Shown: positions 1 to 13,090, counted from the stretch's first letter. The stretch: 64,000 nt of DNA from the human T2T-CHM13v2.0 reference genome, Homo sapiens (GCF_009914755.1 NC_060947.1), one strand, 5' to 3'. Numbers and translations: made by a program. Notes: a model not told the origin generated them from the sequence alone.

Positions 1-689
1 ACAAAAGCTCCCTCTTTGTCTACATAGAATCAATAGCAATACATGATGCCTTGAAAGATTAAAGCCAAATGCCTGGTCATCCAGGTGATGAAAATGGAAT
101 ACACTAGCTGCTATTCATCTTCAGTGAGTCAGCATGGTTCTTTCAGGTGAAAGGAACTGCATCAGATATGGGCAAAGCTGTGGTGACTGCAGAGGTAGAT
201 GTTCAGAAAGGACAGAGGGGAAGGAAGAGTGACAAATATACTCCCTGTTTATGCCATAAAGGTTGACATTACAAGCTTGAAGTGGCACTGTGTTTGCATC
301 TACTCTACACCTACTGGGATATGAAAACGACAATATGATGAAGAAGGAAAAATCCCACCATTGTCTGATTTACTGCCTTGGAACTTGGAATGCTGTGAAG
401 GTTTATGTCTTTTTCTTTTTTCTTTTGGTCCCTAATGCTTTCTAATATTTTGAAAATGAACAATCACTGTTATAATGTGTTCTTCATTTATATAATGTTA
501 AGTATTTACATTTTTATATAGTTATAACTATGAATGGAATACATTTTAAAAAGGTGGATGTTATAGGTGCTAAAAAGAAGCTTATGCAGTTATTGAAAAC
601 TAAGTGAAAAAAGGAACCTATTATGAGTACATAGACCATCTTTCCCTTGACTGTTAGAGCAAGTCTTTTCTTAAAAGCAGTGGATTTTA

Positions 690-1038
690 ATGTGGCATGC
701 ATATTGGGGCTTGTCCTCTTGGAATGATCACTTATCCACCAAGCTGAGAAATTCCAAGCAACCACGTAAAGATCTCTACATGGAAGACAACAAAAGTCCC
801 TGGCCAACAGCCAGCCTCAACTTGCCAATTATATTAATGAGGTCATCTTGGAAGGGGATCCTCCAATCCTAAGTTGAGCCTCCCCAGCTGATTCCACATG
901 GAACAGAGATGAGCTGTCCACATCAAGACTGGCCGAAATTGCAGATTTGTGAGCAAATGTATGATTTTTTTTTTTTTGCTAATGTATGATTGTTAACTCA
1001 TTACGTTTTGGGATGATTTGTTACATATGACTGAAACA
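690..1038 (+). mobile_element. Old MaLR LTR (MLT1-like)
   Basis: Motifs such as gagatgagctgtcc...aaattgcagatttgtgagcaaat...ttttgggatgatttgttac; boundaries approximate. Confidence 0.6.
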
Positions 1039-1199
1039 GTTCCTCAAACTATTTTCTACGTGTATTTTATCTAGGTGTCTATCACTACCTAAATTTAAGT
1101 TGGCATATATATTTTAACTCTGTTTAGTAGTTCAGGAACTCTGTTGAGGAAGATTCTGAGACTGCAGCCTAGTTTAGTAGAAAAGCATGCATGTCCTTC

Positions 1200-1600
1200 A
1201 TTTAATTTATTCACCACACAGCAGGCAGGGTGATCTTTTAAAAAATCAATCTGATTGTGTGACTACACTGCTGAAATTCTCCAGGGGCTTTCCAATGCAG
1301 TTAGAATGAAAACCAACATCCTTATTGTCATTTGCAAAGCCCTCTATTCGCTGGCCTTTACTTGATTCCCCTTCAGTCTCATTCCATGCCACTCTCCCAC
1401 TCAGCCACTCACACAGTCCAGCTTCACAAGTTGTGTTTCAATTTCCCGAACATGCCAAGGCAACTCCCACCTTTGCATCTTTTTATCTGTATTAGATATT
1501 CTCCCTTCCTGGAATGATCTTTATAGGACTGACTTCTTATCATTCAGATCCCAGTTTATCTTCTCAGATAGACTCCCCTGACTAGGCAAATCAGTCAGCT
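1200..1600 (+). mobile_element. L2 fragment
   Basis: Resembles the L2 3' region (gatcttttta-aaaaatcaatctgatt...tccaatgcagttagaatgaaaacc). Confidence 0.5.
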
Positions 1601-1820
1601 ATTACTATAATATGGTTTCATAGCAAACGACCTCACAATTCAGTGGCTTAAAACAGCAAGTATTTATTCTGATCTTCATAGGCCTGTGGGGTGATTGGGG
1701 CAGCCTTGCTCTATGTCTCAGTTTTGGGTCTGCATTGCCTCCTAAATGGGCAAATGAAAACCCTCAATCCTATTAAGGCCTAAACTAAGAATTCACACAC
1801 TGTCTGTCTCCCACTCCCAT

Positions 1821-2611
1821 TGAGATGGGAGAGTTCCCTTGACCCCTTCCTGGGGCTTACGACAGGGCTGTGGCTCCTTTACTCCTCTGCTGCACTCAAA
1901 CCGCTTGTGGGAGGAGGAGCACGCAGGTGAACTGGTGCAGGAGCTGGGGCAAGTGCCTTTGGGTGCTGGCATGAACCCTGTACTGGCCTGTGGCAGCGTT
2001 TAGGGGTTGCCCGTGACCTCTGGAGCCCCAGAGGGCATGTGTTACAAACAATGTTCTTTTAGCTTTGCCATCTGTGGATGGATTAAGTGCTAAACAGCTC
2101 AGTGAAGTCATCATGACAGTCTTTTTGGGTTCCTGCACCCAGTGTGTCGCAAATTCTTGTCTGGCATCCAAGAAGAATCAGGTCACATGAAGTGATTGAA
2201 GGGTAGTGTATGTGGAGGATTTTATTGAGCAATGGAAGTGGCTCTCAGCGGGATGGGGAGCTGGAAAGGAGATGGAGTGGGAAGATAATCTTTCCCTGGA
2301 GTTCAGTTGTCTCCAGCCAAACTCCTCTCTGACAGTAATCTCTGATGTCCAGCTGCCTCGTCTCCTCTCAATGTTCAGACGCTTCTGCTCTTCTCTCCTT
2401 CTTGGTGTGCTACCCTGCTCCTCTGCCAGTGGAGCTTGCGGTTTTTATGGGCACAGGATAGGGAGTGTGGCAGGCAGGGTGGTTTTGGAAAAGGCAACAT
2501 TCTGGTGGGAAAACAGGAATGCATGTTCTCATTTAGGACCATGGGTCCAGGCTTGAGGGTGGTTCCCTCGCCGGGGACCTCCTCCCTTTTCTACCCAGTA
2601 TTTCCCTGCCA
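1821..2611 (-). mobile_element. ERV1-class solo LTR (MER52/LTR27/LTR28-like) with 4-bp TSD CCAT
   Basis: TG...CA ends with CCAT at 1817-1820 and 2612-2615. The minus strand begins ..GGCAGGGAAATACTGGGTAGAA.. as in this LTR group; AATAAA on the minus strand at 2221-2226. Confidence 0.8.
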
Positions 2612-3109
2612 CCATTATCCAAGTCAATTTACACAGTCAACATGAATGTAGAGGAAAAACACTCTTCCTATGGAGGGGAAGATTGTTGAACAATAATCTA
2701 CTACACCACTCAATCGAAAACCGCCATACCATCAGTCCTTTATCTTTATCTCACCCAACTTTAATTCTTTGAAAATAATCACTCTCTGATATTTTGTGTC
2801 TATTATGTTTATTGTCTGTTTCCCCGTGTTATAATATGTGTTGTATATGTGCAGAGGTGTTATTTGTCTTCTTCTGTTCCATATTTCCAGCACATGGAAT
2901 AGTTTCTGGCTGAGATGAGATGCTCGACAAGAACAAATATTTGTTGCAGAAATTAGTACAGGGAGAAGCAACAGGAAAGCTGCTTATTTTCTCACTCCAA
3001 ACTACACAAATATTTTGATCTTTTTAACCAATGTTTTTTCTTCCTGTAACTTGTCCATCTTTTCCAGTATTGTCTTCCAGTAATGTAAGAGACATCAAAG
3101 CTTTGACTC

Positions 3110-3590
3110 TGTTTGAATTGGGTCCCCCCAGAAGTCAACCTTGGGTCAAGGATTAAGGTACATTCAGTTTATTTGGGTGCAAGGATGTGGGCAGGGGAGT
3201 GGAGAAGTGATACAAGGAGGGAAAGACAGCCCATCAATGGGTTCATTATTAGGCCAGCTACTTTACTAGGCCAGCTACCATTAGCTAGAACTAGAACTTA
3301 ATCCTACCAGTATTAACAATTCACTGTACAATTATCATGGTAAAAGGGCAAGGGAGCTGGGCATTTATTCCCTCATGCTTTTTGATCATTAAAGGCTGCC
3401 CAGGGGAGGGAGGGTAAAGAAGAGGGGTGGAAGCTGTTAGCTCCTAGGCACTTCCACTCAGCTTGTATGGCGATGTGGGGTTTGGCAGCCCCAAGTTAGG
3501 CTTCTGATGAAAATGCAGGTGTTAGCCATTGGAAGTCAGGCTGGGTGCAATAAAATGTTAAGGAAATCATAGGGGATATGAGTAGAGCAA
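3110..3590 (-). mobile_element. Old ERVL-type LTR (LTR16/LTR33-like)
   Basis: Terminal motif gggtcccccagaag...caaggatt...gtttatttggg; approximate. Confidence 0.5.
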
Positions 3591-3604
3591 ACTCTGACTA
3601 GCTT

Positions 3605-4680
3605 TTTCTAAAAATAAGTTTTATTGAGCTATAACTGACATATAGCAAACTGTACATATCATACATATGATAAGTTTTAACATGTATGTAACCATTAAAA
3701 CCATCACCATGGCTGGGCACAGTGGTTCACGCCTGTAATCCCGGAACTTTGGGAGGCCGAGGTGGGCGGATCACCTGAGGTCAGGAGTTTGAGAGCATCC
3801 TGGCCAACATGGTGAAACACTGTCTCTACTAAAAATACAAAAATTAGCCAGGTGTGGTGGCACATGCCTGTAGTCCCAGCTACTCGGGAGGCTGAGGCAG
3901 GAGAATTGCTTGAAGCCAGGAGTGGAGGTTGCAGTGAGTCGAGATCGCACCACTGCACTCCAGCCTGGGCGACAGAGTGAGACTCCTCAAAAAAAGAAAA
4001 ATAAAACCATCACTAGAATCAAGATAATGAACATAGCCATTCCCTCTGACAGTTTTCTCCTGCCTCATTATAATCCCTCCCTTTGGCATCTTCCCATTCC
4101 TAAACAACTGCTGCTCAAGCCTTCTGTCACTATAATTTTCATTTTCTAGAATTGTATGTCATTAGAATCATGCAGTATACCTCCTTTTATTTTCTTCTTT
4201 CATTCAACATGATTATTTTGAAATTCATCTATGTTGTTTTGTGTATCAGTAGTTCATTCCTTTTTATTGCTGAGTAGTATTCCATTGTATGGATAGATCA
4301 CAATTTGTTTATCCATTCACTAGTTGATGGACATTTGGATAGTTTCTACTTTTTGGTTATTGTGAATAATGCTGCTACAAATATTTGTATATGAGGGTTT
4401 TTGTGGACATATATTTTCATGTCTCTTGTGATTCTATTGGTAACTTGGAATTGGCCACGATGGGAATATTTACAGCATGGAAACTGACAAACCCTACAGA
4501 TTCAAGGCTTTTTGTTCCCCTGAGAGATCTGGTTGTTAAATATTTACCATCATACCCCTAGATACACCCTAGAATAGGAATTGCTGAATCAAAGACTACA
4601 CAGTTTTTAAAAGTCATTGAGATATATTGTCAAAATGGCCTTCTAAGAAGGTTGTAACTTTCTTGTTTATCAAAATGTGT
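3605..4680 (-). mobile_element. Old L1 3' region (L1M), interrupted by an Alu
   Basis: Typical antisense L1 text: tttttattgctgagtagtattccattgtatggat...ttatccattcac...gatggacatttgg. Confidence 0.8.
3711..4006 (+). mobile_element. Alu (AluS-like)
   Basis: Full dimer with A tail; TSD TAAAACCATCAC on both sides. Confidence 0.95.
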
Positions 4681-4684
4681 GTAT

Positions 4685-5255
4685 CTCCAGTCATAATGGC
4701 TATAACTAAAAAGTTAAAAAAAACAACAGATGCTGGTGAGGCTATAGAGGAAAGAGAATGTTTTTCATTGTTGTTAGGAATGTAAATTAGTTTGACCATG
4801 GTGGCCAGTTTAGAGATTTCTCAAAGAACATAAAACAGAATTACCATTTGATCCAGCACCCCACTGCTGGGTATATATCCAAAAGAAAATGAATTGTTCT
4901 ACCAAAAAGATACCCCTGCACTTGTGTGTTCATTACAGCACTATTCACAATAGCAAAAACATGGAATCAACTTAGAAGATGCCCATCATTGGTGGATTGG
5001 ATAAGAAAATGTGGCATGTATACAACATGAAATACTATGCAGCCATAAAAAGAAGGAACTCATGTCCTTTGCAGCTACATGGATGCAGCTGGAGGCCATT
5101 ATCCTAAGCAAATTAATGCAGGAAGAGAAAACCGAATACCACATTCTGACTTATAAGTGGGAGCTAAACATTGGGTACTCATGGACATAAAGATGGCAAC
5201 AATAGACACTGAGGGCTACTAGACGGGGGAGAGGGAAGGGGGTAAGGACTGAATG
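4685..5255 (+). mobile_element. L1 ORF2-end/3'UTR fragment (L1PB/L1MA-like)
   Basis: gcactattcacaatagcaaa...atggaatcaac...ttataagtgggagctaaac. Confidence 0.85.
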
Positions 5256-5317
5256 TTCAGTTCCCTCTAAGTTAAAAGTCCAAAGTCCAAGATGCTTATT
5301 CTTCCCCAGGGTGATGT

Positions 5318-6276
5318 TGGTGCAGGAATTTTCTCAACCTGTTTGTCGGACTTGGGACGGAGGGTGGCTTGTTTACTTGGCCCACCATGCTTAACCTTTT
5401 GAGGGAGAGAGCACTTGAGTGAGTGTGGAATCCAGCTGGCCGCATTGTGCACCTGCAGGAGCAGGCTCTGTGCAGACCCCGTGGCCAGACCAGGCATGGG
5501 CGAACAAGTGCAGAATCTGGCCAGCTGCTTTGGCTGCTGGCAGGAGCAGGCTCCATGAGGGCCCTGCGGTGGTGCCCACGTAGGGGTGCCTGCAATCCCC
5601 GAAACCTCAAAGGACATGTTACACTGCTCTCTTAGCTCCACCGTCCGTGGACAGTGGAGTGTTATCCGTTCAGTGGGCCCCTTGCCTCGTCGTGTGCGGT
5701 GGCTGCCTTCTGCCAGTGAGGGTAAAGGGCCAGTGTGACAGCCTTTTTTGGGTACCAGCACTTGGTGGGTTCAGAGCACTTGACCAGTGTCGAAGAAGAA
5801 TGAGGTTGCATGGACACTTGAAGGATGGTGGAGGTGGAGAATTTTATTTAGGGATGGAAATGTCTCACAGTGGAGAGGGGAGCTGAAGAGGAGGCAGGAC
5901 GGGCAGGTAATCTTCCCTGACATCTGGCAGTCTCCAGCCAGCTCTTCTCCGAAGTTAAGCCATCACTCCTCCAAAGTCCAGCTGTCCCTCTGAAGTCAAG
6001 TTGCCTCTCTCCAGTCAAGCTGCGTCTCCCTTTCTACCTACTGAGTCTGGGGTCTTTATAGGGATATGATGGGGGGCAGGGAGGGTCATAAGTAATTTTG
6101 GGAAAAGGCAACATTCAATAGGTAGAAAGACATTATTCAGAAAGAGTCAACTGGGAGAGAGCGAGCAAACAGGGATAGAAGTTCTCACTTTGGGCTGTGG
6201 GTTTCAGCTTGAAGGTGGGGTTTTGCTAGGTCCCACCCTTGTCTGCCTAGAATTTCTCTGCCTCTAGCCTCTATCG
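5318..6276 (-). mobile_element. ERV1-class solo LTR (LTR1/LTR28/MER52-like) with 4-bp TSD ATGT
   Basis: ATGT at 5314-5317 and 6277-6280. The minus strand starts ..GATAGAGGCTAGAGGCAGAGAAATTCTAGGCAGAC, with TATAAA near 6055-6060 and AATAAA at 5843-5848. GC/CpG-richer than its flanks. Confidence 0.82.
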
Positions 6277-7404
6277 ATGTTGCCACTTTTTTCCCTCATT
6301 GTAGCGAAGAGCAGGAACTTCTGTGTATATCTGAAAGATTAAAAAAAAAAACACTTTTAGACCAGTGTATGGATATGTAAGGCTTTCATAACAAAGAAAA
6401 GAAAACTTTAAAAATAAATCAGGCCAGAAAGATGACGTAATCAGGGAATAAGGGGGAGGAAGGAAACATTAAACATTAAATTTTTGTTCCTTTGGTACAT
6501 AGTCTCTAAGCCATTGTTTATAAAGACTCATATTTTTATATAGTTATAATCCAGTGAACATGCACTATTTCTGCTTTTCTCATTTAATATTATTTCACAC
6601 TGCATTTCCAGAAATGGATGTAATCTTTATTATTTTCATTTTAATGACTTTGTAATGTTCTATTATTATAATTCCCCTATTGTTGGGCATTTGAGTTGCT
6701 TCCAATTTTCCAACATTATAAATAGAACATCTTCCTGCAAATTCCTTCTTTTGCCTTGCAGATTATTACTTCCTTGGATTAACTTCCCTAAAGTCCTCTT
6801 TTTCCCAGTCCATTACTTGTTTATTTAGTTCCATATACACATTTTTTTCTTCTCTGTCCTGCCCCAACCCTGTACTTGACAGAGTTATATGCTCCTGCTA
6901 GGTACCGTCATGCCATTCTGCATTTCCCCCATTACAATTTACCATGCTTGCTTTTAATAACATATTTGTTTTCCTAGCTAGACTGCAGGCTCCATGTGGG
7001 AAGGGCCGATATATCTTTTCGTATTGGTTCCCCATTACTTATATCACATGTGCTCAATATCTATTTATTGATATCTATCTACCTATCTATGACTTTCTTT
7101 CCCTTCTTCCTTCTTCAAGTCTCATTTGACATTAATTACCTCAACAGTTAATACATGAGCAACTCTTTGTGTCCTATTATAATAAACCTACTGGCTTTGC
7201 TGTAGTTATTAATAGATAATTGCTATCCCTAAACGAAACCATTTTTTGGCATTGGGCCCTGTCTGCTATAATCTTAAGTCAAAGGGCAAGGCTAGTCAGT
7301 ACTCCCCTCAGAAGTGACTTAATTATAGGTAACACAATTTTTAAAGAATTAAGTAAGGCTGTACAGTTATTCTGACATCGAGATGCAGCCTTGTACTTAA
7401 AATG

Positions 7405-7850
7405 GCTGTGTTTTAGTTCAGGTTCCCTAGAAACAGACTGTGTGAGATGGAGATTAGTGCGAAAGAAGTTCATCAAAGCATACTCCAGGGAGGCATACCC
7501 TGGGAGGTACTAAAGGAAGCAGGGCTGGGTAGAGGGAGAAGTTGAACTGTGACGCAGCCCCCTCATCCAATTCCACAGGGAGCTCTAGGGTTGGGATGGT
7601 CCTTCAGAGTCGTCTTATATTGGAGTGAGGGGGCCAAGCCTTGTATCTACCCTTCATTGGCCAACCATTGAATGCAGGAAAGGGGCATGGCTTTGGAAGA
7701 GAAAACTACCTTCAACTGAGGGTAGTTTCCAGAAAGGGTCTGAGCCATAAGCCAGCACCAGACAACATTGTTAGCACCTGGGAAGATGAGTGCCTCAGTT
7801 CTGAAAGGGGCATGTGGCCAGGCACCATGGCACCCACCACAGGGGAGATG
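7405..7850 (-). mobile_element. Old ERVL-type LTR (LTR33/LTR16-like)
   Basis: Shares motifs with 22497-22960 (gggatggYccttcagaRtYgtc); approximate. Confidence 0.55.
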
Positions 7851-9098
7851 AGTCATCTCAAAGTGGGGTGCCATGAGAATAGATTAGCAGCTGTTTCAAG
7901 AGGACGGAGCCAAGTGACTACTTCCACTCAACTTAATTCCTAGTACTACCCTGAAGTTCAAAGGAGGTAATGGCTGAAATCCCCCAAATTTGTGTGGTCT
8001 CAGGGTGTTTTTAAAAGAAACATAACAGTTACCAGCCTCCTTTCCCTCAAGGTGTTTTCCCCCACATGCCTTCCCCGACAGCTGTTTCCTCATTTTGAAA
8101 CCCCAGGAGATGAGTCAGGGAGATCTTGTGATATAACCAGGAGGTCTGGCCTCAAAAGATGAGGACCTCCCAGGGGCCTCCAAAGATGCCCTGAGCCTGG
8201 GGATGGGCCTGCTGTTATCCACACCTTTTCCTCAACAAACCACCACCCATGAGACAGTTTCAAAGGGAACAGTGGACATGAATCCAACTACACAAACTTA
8301 TTTATAAGGCTGAATTAGCTCATGTCTGCAAAGCACTTTGAGCAATTTGGATAGACTTCTTAAATTGTTTACCTAACGTATTACCTCACCTTTAAGTCAA
8401 TTTCATAGAATGGGCTAAATACAGCTTCCATTAGAAAATAATCTTATCATGAGTTTTTTCAACATCTAATATGTATTATCATTGGTGGTTAAGTAAAGTC
8501 AGCTTGTTGAGGCAAGACCATTATTTTTCACATATTTTTCATAAATTTTCATTTACAAACTTTTAAGAATGGATTCTGATTTTTGTGCTAAAAAATTATG
8601 CCTGGTACAGACCATATTGTAATGAATACTTTTAGGCTGAAGGAATCAGTCATATTTTCAACATAAGGTAACCAGATGTCTTAATTATGTATGTGTGTGC
8701 ATGTTTTAGCAAGTTTTATATTAGAATCTTAGCTCCCTGGATACAGATAGCCCCAATGTCCTCTAGGATCTCTGGCAAAAGAGTGCTTTAGGGGCACAAA
8801 CTCTATGCCAGCTTCAGGTATGCATAGAATATTATAATGTGTGAAGTCACCACAGTGGTCAATTAAAAAAAAATCTGGTTACAAGGAAATCTGTTTCCTG
8901 CTACTCTGGCTGCTGCTTCAGCTTCAGTAAGGACAAAGTATGGTCTTCTCTCGTCCACTAATATGTAACCTAAGAGTTTCACAGTATTTGATCATTTATG
9001 AATGAGTTAGTTTGGGGGTTGGGAAGTATGGCTTGATAGATATAGTGTAGCTCTTTTTGTAATCAATGCACGATACAAACCAGTATTTAAGAACCCCT

Positions 9099-9706
9099 GG
9101 CTGGGCGCGGTGGCTCATGCCTGTAATCCCAGCACTTTGGGAGGCTGAGGTGGGTGGATCACTTGAGCTCAGGAGTTTGAGACCAGCCTGAGCAACATGG
9201 CAAAACCCTGTCTCTACAACAAATACAAAAATTAGCTGGACATGGTGGCACACACCCCTGGTCTCAGCTACTTGGGAGGCTGAAGTGGGAGGATAACTGA
9301 GCCCGGGGAGGTTGAGGGTGCAGTTAGCCATGATTTTCCCACTGTACTCCAGCTTTGGTGACAGAGTGAGACCTTGTCTCCAAAATAAACAAAAAAACCA
9401 AAAAGGATGGGCCCAGTGGCTCACACCTCTAATCCCAGCACTTTCACAAGCCAAGGCGGGTGGATCACTTGCTTGAACTCAAGAGTTCAAGACCAGCCTG
9501 GGCAACATGAAGAAACTCAGTCTCCACAAAAAAATACAAAAATTAGCCAGGAGTGGTGGCACACACTTGTGGTCACAGCTACTCAGGAGGCTGAGGTGAG
9601 AGGATCACTTGAGCCCAGGAGGCAGCCGTGAGCTGAGATTGTGCTACTGCCTCCAGCTTGGGAGACAGAGCAAGACCTTGTCTCAAAACAAAGAAAGAAA
9701 GAAAGA
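9099..9706 (+). mobile_element. Two tandem Alus (9099-9404 and 9410-9706, AluJ-like)
   Basis: Two dimers with outer TSD AAGAACCCCT / AAGAACTCCT, suggesting the second inserted in the tail of the first. Confidence 0.92.
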
Positions 9707-9896
9707 ACTCCTAATGGGGGTTATGCTGGGATGGATGTTCACTGCCTTCAGGCCCACCAGGTCAGCAATTGAGGTTATATATACTTTTTGTAGTAGCCAC
9801 TCTTTGCCCTGTTTCTGTATCAGTCAGATTTCTTAGTTGCAAACAACAGAACCCCTCTTGCTAGTTTAAGCTAGAAAAGAGATTTATTCAAGGGTA

Positions 9897-10580
9897 CAGT
9901 CATCCCCCTATCCATGGTTTTGCTTTCTTGGTTTCAGTTGCCTGCAGTCAAATGTGGTCTGAAAATATTAAGTGAAAAATTCCTGAAATAAACAAATCAT
10001 AAGTTAAATTGCACACTGTTCTGAGTAGCATGATGAAATCTCATGCAGTTCCACCTGGGATGTAAATCATCAGTATCCACACTGTGGACACTACCCACCC
10101 AACTAGTTACTTAGAAGTGTCTCAGTTCTCAGATTAACTGTTATAGTTGCTTGTGTTCAAGTCACCCTTATTTTACTTCATAATAGCCCCAAAGTGTGCA
10201 AGAGTAGTGATGCTGGCAATTTGGATATGCCAACGAGAAGCCACGAAGTGCTTTCTTTTAGTGAAAAGGTGAAACTTCTAGACTTAATAAGGAAAGAAAA
10301 AAATCCTATATACTGAGATTGCTAAAATCTATGATAAGAACAAATCTCCTATCTGTGAAATTGGGAGGAAGGAAAAGGAAATTCATGCTGGTTTCATTGT
10401 CGCACCTCAGACTGTAAGAGTTATCGCCACCGTGTGTGATAAGTGCTTAGTTAAGATGGAAGAGGCATTAAATTTGTGGATAGAAGACACGAACAGAAAT
10501 GTGTTTCATGCTAATTGTGGTTTCAGGCATCTATTGGGGGGTCTTGGGATGTATTCCCCTGTGATAAGCAGATACTACTG
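9897..10580 (+). mobile_element. Tigger-derived DNA transposon (MER44-like), nested in an MLT1-like LTR
   Basis: TA|CAGTCATCCCCCTATCC ... GATAAGCAGATACTACTG|TA termini; remnant transposase peptide CDKCLVKMEEALNLWIED. Confidence 0.85.
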
Positions 10581-12049
10581 TATTATAAAGTTCACATGCT
10601 CTCCACAGGGGCTGGAGTCCTTCAATAGAACTGCTTCAGTGGGAACAATGCTGCCACCATTTCTTAGGACAGGCAACTCTGATCACATCATTAGGCATTG
10701 GATGCAACTGCTAGGAACTCTGCCACTTGATGCTTCTAGAGACTGGGTGTATCGGTTGCTGCCCACATCATAATGGAGTCCAGGCAGTGCCTGCTTCTTT
10801 GGGTCACAAACTTCTGATTCAAACTCTGGCATAGGTGTGTCTCATTGGTAAAGGTTAGCATTCTATGTCTATATCCTTGTACCCTCTGCCTCCCTTAGCC
10901 TACAAACTCATCTCCTCTTCTATTTTGAATTGGTTATTCGCACGGATGAGAGAGAGAGAAAGAGAGAGAGAGACCATAAAACAAGGAGATCAAATTTTAG
11001 AAATTACAACAAAACCATTTTTACTTCTTTATCATCCCATCAGAAAGGCAATTTTAGACCTTCAAGTGCTTTTACTAACCGTTATACTTTCAGCTATTAC
11101 TTTTGTTCCCAAGGAATGTATAAAACAGACATTCTTACCCTTAGAAAAAAACTGAGGTAGAGAAATTTCCAAGAATGATGCCAAAGCCAGAAATCAAAGA
11201 AAAATATTGAAAACCTTTACACTTCAAGAAAAAAACCATGTCCTTAATATAGCAGGATCTTTTACAAATCAATAAGAAAAATTTTAATACCACAGTAGAC
11301 AAATGATCAGTGGATATGGACAAGTAATCTACAAAAGAAGAAAGGCAAATGTTCAGCAGCCTTATGAAAAGATAATCTAGCTACTAATTAAAAATGCAAA
11401 CGAAAATAGCAAGTCATAATTTCCTCCCTTTTGGATTAGCAAACAGACCTAAGCCAATTTGGCAGTCCAGCCAATGTCAAGGTCCTTTAGTGAACATATT
11501 AAAGATGGGTGGTAGCTATACATACTTGCCCGCACAACCTTGTTAGCAGATGGTTTATTGCTATTAGGCTATGTTCTTCAAATTCTTTCAAACATACAAA
11601 AATTTATTAGCAAGCAAGTACAAAAGAGCGTAAAAGGCTTATTCTGTGGCAGATACTCCTCTATTCCTGATCACATGACTGGCTGGTTTTGTAGGTGTGT
11701 CAGAGTAGCAGAGTCTTGTTGATGTGGCAGGACCAACAGGGCTCCAGAGCTGGAATACTGCTTTAGTGGAATTATATCCACTGGGCTGGAATTTTATCTT
11801 GTTCATGTAAGGGCGGTAAAGCCTGTACAACATTCCTAGTGGGTCCCCTCCCTGGAACACCTCTCATCTCACGAATAAAAATATTTCTTCCCATTACTAA
11901 GTGCTAGGTCACCATCTCTGAAGGTGTTGGTTCTCAATTAGGGCCAATTAAATGATGTTTAAGTATTTCTAGATACTTCAAATGTAAACTCACACTCAAA
12001 CTCCTAACTCCACACAGTATTACCTTGGGCACATACAGACATGCTGTCA

Positions 12050-12510
12050 ACATAATCTGAAATAAGTGGAAACAGTCATTGCACATTGGCACTTTTCTGA
12101 AATGCAATTTGTCAATATGTATAACAATATCAAGTGCACATACTCTACAAATTAGTGATCCTACCTGTGGCATCTTATCCTAAGGAAGTAATTGAACACA
12201 TGCAAAGATCTGTCCATGGATGTGTATGACTGTGTGGTTTTTCATAGTGCAAGATTGTAAACAATCAAAAGTTTGTTTGTAGGATAATGACACAAAGCAG
12301 CTCAGTGGTTCTTTGGTGACAGGAGTAGGGCCTGGGAATAGAAGGGATGAGATGGCAGGACTACAAAGGGCCAGAAGGAAACTTTTGGGGTGATAGATAT
12401 ATTCACTATTTTTGACTGTGGTGATCACTTTATGGGTGTATAGATATGTTAAAACCTTTCAAATTGTACACGTTAAATATATGCAGTTTATTGTATGTCA
12501 GTTATACCTT
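12050..12510 (+). mobile_element. Old L1 3' end (L1ME/L1MC-like)
   Basis: ggaaacttttggggtgatagatatattcactat...atatgcagtttattgtatgtcagttatacct. Confidence 0.75.
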
Positions 12511-12626
12511 AAAGTTGTTTAAAATAGTTCTGTCGGTAGATATTGGATAAATAGTAGTAATGAGAAGAGTTATTGAGCACTTAATATGTGCCTGATATTG
12601 TGCCGGGTGTTCTGCAAATATTGTCT

Positions 12627-12911
12627 TTCTCTTTTCTTTTTCCTGCTCTGTTACCCAGGCTGGAGTGCAGTAGTGCGATTGCGGCTCACTGCAGTCTCGA
12701 CCTCCTAGCTCAAGCGATCCCCACATCTCAGCCCCCTCAGTAGCGGGGACTACCAGCGCCTGCTACCACGCCTGGCTAATTATTTTATTTTCTGTAGAGA
12801 CGAGGTCTTCCTGTGTCGCCCAGGCTGGTCTCAAACTCCTGGGCTCAAGAAATCTACCCACCTCAGGCTCCCAAAGTGCTGGGATTATAGGCGTGAGCCA
12901 CCACGCCTGGC
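12627..12911 (-). mobile_element. Alu (AluJ-like) inserted in a MIR
   Basis: Antisense Alu with TSD AATATTGTCT; MIR core (cagatgagaaaactgagg) resumes near 12970. Confidence 0.92.
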
Positions 12912-13090
12912 AATATTGTCTCTCTTGATTCTCACCCCAGCCCTTTGATTTTGTTATCCCTGTTTCTCACAGATGAGAAAACTGAGGTTTGAAGAACTTA
13001 TATGACCTGCCCAAAGTCTCAGTCACAAAGTGGCTAAAGAGTAGGAGTTAACAAACAACAGCCCACTTGTCAAATCCAACCTGCCACTTA

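Noticed and set aside
5267-5761. 164-aa ORF and several overlapping ORFs
   Set aside because: They lie almost wholly within a GC-rich solo LTR, with no recognisable protein and several frames open.
1821-6276. The two ERV1 LTRs as ends of one provirus
   Set aside because: Each has its own TSD, they differ in length and sequence, and the intervening DNA is L1/Alu rather than gag-pol.
8996-9454. 152-aa ORF and similar ORFs at 3704, 13088, 19749, 42584, 49140, 53686, 60291, 62400 and 63689
   Set aside because: Typical Alu-derived translations.
10432-10773. ORF beginning with a Tigger transposase-like peptide
   Set aside because: Short remnant in a deleted MER44-like element that runs out into unrelated LTR sequence; no intact transposase.
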